From: Leptogorgia sarmentosa
Lineage: Eukaryota
Length of the DNA: 64,000 nt
NCBI GenBank assembly: GCA_964658305.1
Contig: OZ210886.1
Coordinates: 372,001 to 436,000, forward strand
Reading direction: 5' to 3'
Shown: piece after piece, positions 58,001 through 64,000 of the stretch
Position numbering within the stretch: the stretch's first letter is position 1
Layout: the number at the start of each line of letters is the position of its first letter
Program-made: the position numbers and the translations under genes
The notes under the pieces: generated by a model
What the model saw: only the letters and a program-made list of their open reading frames with translations
Databases searched by the model: none
Told to the model about the DNA's origin: nothing

Positions 58001-61000
58001 TTTCACTATCTGGTTCTCATTTTACAGTATCACCAAGTCAAACTATAAAACCCCAGAGCACATTCGCATCGCTTCCATATTTGACAAGCACAATAGTAGA
58101 AAGTTACTCTTCACCCTCGAGTTTTCTCCATCCGTCATACATTACATTAAATGGAAATTCCATTGTTGAAACCTCAGTTGTGCAAACGGTGTTAGGATCC
58201 ACTGTGAATATGTCCCATGCTCCACCACTTCAATCTCTTTCTACAAAAAAACATAATTTTTCTTCGCCATCAGCTATGAAGCAAACACAAGAAGTCTCAA
58301 ATCTTTCTACAAGCATGATCGTCACCACAAGCAAGTTCGTTAGCGTGGGGAAATCTTCAGTGAATATGTCTAATACTCACTCAACCCTTTTACCTTCAAC
58401 AAAAAGCCACAACTTTTCATCAATATCGAATGTCGACAAAACAGAAACAGTCTCAAATCTTTCTACAAGCATGATCCTCACCACAAGCAAGTTCGTTAGT
58501 AATGTGGGGAGGAGCTCTTCAGTGAGTATGTCAAATTCTCAGTCAACCTTTTTACCTTCAACAAGAAGCCACAATTTTTCTTCACTATCGATTATGAACC
58601 AAACACAAGAAGTTTCGATTGTTTCTACAAGCGTCACCTCAAACAAGTTCATTAATGGGGGGAACTCTTCAGTGAATATGTCCAAAACTCCGCCACCCCA
58701 GATACCACTTACAAGAAGCCGAAATATTTCTTCACTTCCGACTATTAACCCAACACAAACAGTCTCCAATTTTTCTACAAGCGTTATTGTCACTTCAAGC
58801 GAGTTCGTTAATAACTTGGGGAAGAACTCTTCAGTGAATAATACTCAGGCACCCCTTTTACCTTCTACAAGAAGCCACAATTTTTCATCTTTTTCAATTA
58901 TCAACCCAACACAAACAGTCTCAAATTTTTCCCAAAGCAAAATTGTCACCACAAGCAAGTTCGTAAATGTGTCGCAAACTCCGCCACCTCAATCTCTTTC
59001 CGCAAGAAGCCACAATTTTTCTTTACTATCAACTATGAACCACGAAAAAACAGGCTCAGTTTTTTCTACAAGCATGATTGCATCTACAAGCACAATGCCA
59101 TCATCAAGTGTGTTCCTTGTTAGGAAAAATTCTTCAGTATACAATAATTCGACATTGGTGATGTCTTCAACAGCAAGTAGGAACCTTTCCACTGTAGCCA
59201 TAAACAATACGGGAGTATTTTCAACCTTAGCTACAAGCACAATGCCATCATCAAGTATGTTCCTTGGTAAACAAAATGCTTCAGTATACAATACTTCGAC
59301 ATTAGTGATGTCTTCAACAGCAAGTAGAAACCTCACTACTGTAGCCATAAACAATACGGGAGTATTTTCAACCTTCGCTACCAGCATGATGACATCATCA
59401 AGTATGTTCCTTGGTAAACAAAATTCTTCAGTATATAATACTTCGACATTGGTGATGTCTTCAACAGCAAGAAGAAACATTTCCACTGTAGCCATAAATA
59501 ATACGGGAGTATTTTCAACCTTCACCACGAGCGGAATGATGACATCATCAAGTATGTTCCTTGGTAAACAAAATGCTTCAGTATACAATACTTCGACATT
59601 GGTGATGTCTTCAACAGCAAGTAGGAACCTTTCCACTGTAGCTATAAACAATACGGGAGTATTTTCAACCTTCACCACGAGAATGATGACATCATCAAGT
59701 ATGTTCCTTGGTAAACAAAATTCTTCAGTATATAATACTTCGACATTGGTGATGTCTTCAACAGCAAGTAGAAACCTTTCCACTGTAGCCATAAACAATA
59801 CGGGAGTATTTTCAACCTTCACCACGAGCGGAATGATGACATCATCAAGTATGTTCCTTGGTAAACAAAATTCTTCAATATATAATACTTCGACATTGGT
59901 GTATCCTTCAACAGCAAGAAGAAACCTTTCCACTGTAGCCATAAACAATACGGGAGTATTTTCAGCCTTCACTACCAGCATGATGACATCATCAAGTATG
60001 TTCCTTGATAAACAAAATTCTTCAGTATACAATACTTCGACATTGGTGATGTCTTCAACAGCAAGTAGAAACCTTTCCACTGTAGCCATAAACAATACGG
60101 GAGTATTTTCAACCTTCACCACGAGAATGATGACATCATCAAGTATGTTCCTTGGTAAGCAGAATTCATCAGTATACAATACGTCGACATTGGTGATGTC
60201 TTCAACAGCAAGTAGAAACCTTTCCACTGCAGCCATAAACAATACGGGAGTATATTCAACATTCGCTACCAGCATGATTACATCATCAAGTATGTTCCTT
60301 GGTGGGCAAAATACCTCAGTATACAATACTTCGACTTTGGTGATGTCTTCAACAGCAAGTAGAAACCTCACTACTGTAGCCATAAACAATACGGGAGTAT
60401 ATTCAACATTCGCTACCAGCATGATTACATCATCAAGTATGTTCCTTGGTGGGCAAAATACCTCAGTATATCCATACCAGCATAGTATTTCAACTGTACA
60501 GAGTTTGGAACTAACAAATGTATCAACATCTTCTCCAAGTGCTGCCAACGAAACAATTCCATTGGTCACCACGAACAGAACGTCTATTCCAACAGCGAGC
60601 CTCTCCACAACTCTTCCTTATACGACCAATATTTCATCCAGCAGTATTTACCCGACAGAATCATCACGACATTCTAAATCTATCAACTCAACTCTCCTTT
60701 CCACTTCACCTGTCCTTTCATCCGCAGCAACTGCGTCAATGACTAATTCAAGCTTAGTCAAAATTGTTCCGAGTTTGACACACAATTACAGCTCATTTTT
60801 TACATCGCATGCCACCAAGAGTACAATTGATGTGAACACCACACTATCATTGACCTCTTCACCAAAGAGGAGTACCATGTCACAATTTTCATCTCCCATC
60901 CTTGTTTCGTCGACAATTTCAAATAATGTTAACGTAACCGGCATTGTTTCATCATCATTCAAGTCCAACGCGTCATCAGTAACTTCAACATTATCTTCAC

Positions 61001-63224
61001 TTCCAACAAGAACAGTAAATGCAAGTTTATCAGCATCTTCTGCAAACTCGCTAGCACTGTCTTCAACATATTCTGTTGCCAAAAATTACAGCATTACACC
61101 AACCCAAGTCTCCAATAAAACAATTCAACCCAGTCTTTCTACAAATGCCACCGTATCTGCTTCAATGTCGTCTTTCCATATAATCAGTTCAAGAACAACA
61201 GTTAGTAACCAAACCAATCAAACATCAATAATTTCCACCACGTTGGTAAATATTCAAAACATTTCTACCAAAGCAATCCAACCTACATCAGTATTTTCCA
61301 GTACTCCAGTCACAAGTACAATACGTGTTCCCGTTGTTGAATCAAAGCGAAGAATTGTGGAATGCAATGTCACAATCGTCAATAAGGTATACACAAGACA
61401 GCTTTCCAACAGCTCCTCAAAACAATATACTGAAATGGTAAAAGAAATTAAACCCTCGGTAAGTACAATACTGAAAATATAAACAAAAACATTATCTACT
61501 TGATCTTATTCTTTTTTTCAACCATCTTTAGTTAGTGTTGATATTTCAAGATACACCTGGATTCGTAGATGTGGACATCCGTGGTTTTAGGTGGGTACTT
61601 TGATTTCAGATATAGCTACGTTTATGCAGGCGTCATATATAATTTTATAAACACATGTTTAGGTTTTAAATCATCTCATCATTTGATTCATGTAATTAAA
61701 CATATTCTCCGTACATATAGAAATGGAAGTGTTATAACAATATTTCACATCGTACTGGACAGTTCATCAAATGTAACGACACAAGAATTGGGAAATGTCA
61801 TAACCACAGCCACAAATGCAACAAACCTAACAATTTCCAACATCAATATAGAAGGTAAGATTAAAGTTCCGCCACCCTTTTTCTTTTCTTCTTATTCCCT
61901 TTTAGTTACAATTTCAACATTTTTGAGTATTGTTTAGCTTATTAAAATTTCATTTCAGAGCTTTGCACATCTGGATTTTGTTCAAACCACGGTACCTGTA
62001 CCAAGATTTCAAATACCCAACTACAATGCAGGTATATGGTGCAATACACATCGTAGAAGTTCACTTGACAAGGTTTTTCCTTTTCCTTTGGAAATAACAC
62101 TTTAATAGGGGAAATTTGAGAAAACATACTCGCCATCCAGATTCGGTACTCGATAATTTCCAAGTATATAAGACAAAACATACACGAATAACATCTTCTT
62201 GTAAACTCAAGTTTTGAGTTATTTAGAAAACAAGACACAATATTCTGAAGAATTAATATTCAAGAATACCGTAGTAATGTATAATAACTAATAACGATTG
62301 CCTCGTTATTTTTAGTTGTAATTCTGGTTATAGTGGACAAAGGTGCAGTTCGCAAGTGATAGGTAAGAGATTTTAATAGTAATGGATAGTTTTTTATGTA
62401 ATTTGGCTACTGGATAGTGTAGCCAACATAAGTTGTTCAGAATAATCGCCCGACTTGAGGTGTGTTCGGCGGTTTGGTTCTTTCATGCGACTTTAGTAAG
62501 ACTCTTAAGGTAGTTAACTCGAACAGAAAACTAACGGACAGAAAATCTGGACTTCTAAGATTTGTCTAGCTAACCTATCCTCTGTTTTTTAGGTTCAAAT
62601 AACGATGACGATGATGATTTTGAAGAATATTGGATTGCTATTGGCATTTGTATTGGTTTACTTGTATTAATTATAATATTGCTGATATTTCTGGCATTGC
62701 GAAGACGCAGAAAATACTACGTTACAAGGTAAGATACCTCAGATACCCATGCCAAGGCAATACTAAAACTGGTAAAAATGAATGAAAAGCGTTTGGATAA
62801 CTATTATCACCTATGGATCTTGGGAGATTACCATTGAAATTAAATCAAACCATGTTTTTTTTTCAGAGAAAGCGTTATGTCAATTGGTCGTACTTCAGGT
62901 GATGTCTTCTTCAACCCAGCTTATGGTCATTCGCGGGAATATCTGGCCGGTAAAGACGAATCAAGTAACGTCGTTCCTCTGGAAGTGGTCTATGAAAACA
63001 GTTCGAGTAGCTTCAAAAAGGACACTTACCAAGAACCAGAGTTTATGTCAAATAAGAAACCACAAGATGATGACGATGAAGAAGAAGATATTTATAAAAC
63101 ACAACTTCTACTTTTCCTAAAGCAAAATAATCTTTTGAAAAATTCTTCAGAAGATACGCAGAAGCCATCATGGGCATCAAGTAGATCTTCCGTATCAACC
63201 GCAGACAGTGACTCAGGTCTTTAG
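55046..63224 (+). CDS. Transmembrane mucin: signal-SEA-Ser/Thr-rich domain-SEA-EGF-TM-cytoplasmic tail
   Basis: SEA1 FTSQLENSSSLQYQQL...FRKGSII; a roughly 4-kb S/T-rich exon at 57479-61458; SEA2 YTRQLSNSSSKQY...FRNGSVI; EGF CTSGFCSNHGTC..CSCNSGYSGQRC; TM WIAIGICIGLLVLIIILLIFLAL followed by RRRRK; FNPAY motif; C-terminal DSGL. Confidence 0.85.
56244..56428. repeat. 43-bp inverted repeat with a 99-nt spacer in a mucin intron
   Basis: tggtctattgtcataatttcaatggcctaacactataagctga / tcagcttatagtgttaggctgttgaaattatgacaatggatca. Confidence 0.85.
59083..60471 (+). repeat. Coding VNTR, 147/150-bp units, 9 full copies plus a partial one
   Basis: The anchor tcatcaagt recurs at 59101, 59248, 59395 and 59545. 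The 49-50-aa unit is SMMTSSSMFLGKQNSSVYNTSTLVMSSTASRNLSTVAINNTGVFSTFTT. Confidence 0.95.
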
Positions 63225-64000
63225 ACGATGAAGCCTGTTCATAACGAGTAGGCCATTCATCCCAGAACCACCATCAATAATTCAATTATATTAACACTGG
63301 GATTAACACGAGTTCATGCCCTTAAAATTCGATCAAATACTGACATTTTCTAGGCTAGACTTCTGAATTTAATTCTCATGGTTGAATGGCATGCATGTAC
63401 GGTAGCATATCATTACAGGGTAAAAAAACTATGCAAACAATGTGGTTTTCTTTCATTTTTATTCATTATAGATTAGATTCACTACTTCGATAACTTATTT
63501 TCAAGTTTAGTTTAAAATATCTTATGTTGCGCACGCACAATGAAGAGAAAACTGGTAGTCAGTCGGTAGTCATTGTGCAAAACACCTCATTCATTAACAT
63601 GATGGTTTGACGAAGCACTATGTGGTGGTCAAGAAGGAGTATATCATTTAGAAAAAAGAACTGAGTGTGGAGAAGTGAAAGCACAATTTTAGAGCGACCT
63701 TGTATTCTGCAAAACGGGGCTTATGTGACTTGGAGTGTTCTTTATGTACACTTGCATTAAGTGTGAAATAAATACCTCGATATTAAACGTACTGTGTTCT
63801 TGGCCACCATGTGCTGCTCTCATAACCCCAAATGCAATTCTGCACTAAAAATATTCCTATATATAGAAGTAATTACCTACAGCATATCCTTGAGGCATAG
63901 ATCAATGAGCAACTTTCAAAGGAGAAAGATGTCTTGAGAGCGGCGGTGCTGTATCCACTGTTTGTTTACTGCCTTGGCTACTTTGCAAATCATATAGAGT

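Noticed and set aside
59083..60471. CRISPR-like regular array
   Set aside because: Contiguous in-frame coding repeats without unique spacers, in a eukaryotic gene.
58989..60608. 539-aa antisense ORF
   Set aside because: It mirrors the mucin VNTR; a stop-free repeat unit propagates the open frame, and there are no independent gene signals.

Overview
AT-rich eukaryotic (animal) genomic DNA with many short GT-AG introns. The repeat termini and gene content suggest an invertebrate, probably an anthozoan cnidarian (inference). Exons were assembled by eye into ten protein-coding genes: a PRSS23-like serine protease (+), HAT1 (-) head-to-head with a BLM RecQ helicase (+), an F-box/LRR protein (-), an aminergic-like class A GPCR (+), an orphan intronless 544-aa putatively secreted protein (-), a Neuralized-ZZ-ZZ-Cys-rich-ADP-ribosyltransferase-like gene (+), an ATF2/ATF7-like bZIP (+), CDK5RAP3/C53 (-), and a SEA-mucin-SEA-EGF-TM protein (+). 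There are also several palindromic MITEs and tandem repeats. The strongest candidates for novelty are two genes. The first is the NEURL4-type ART gene, which carries ZZ fingers and a Cys-rich module otherwise recalled from MYCBP2/Highwire. The second is the orphan protein with two tandem 4-Cys domains, a C2-like segment and a basic helical tail. Family assignments rest on recalled motifs; no searches were run.
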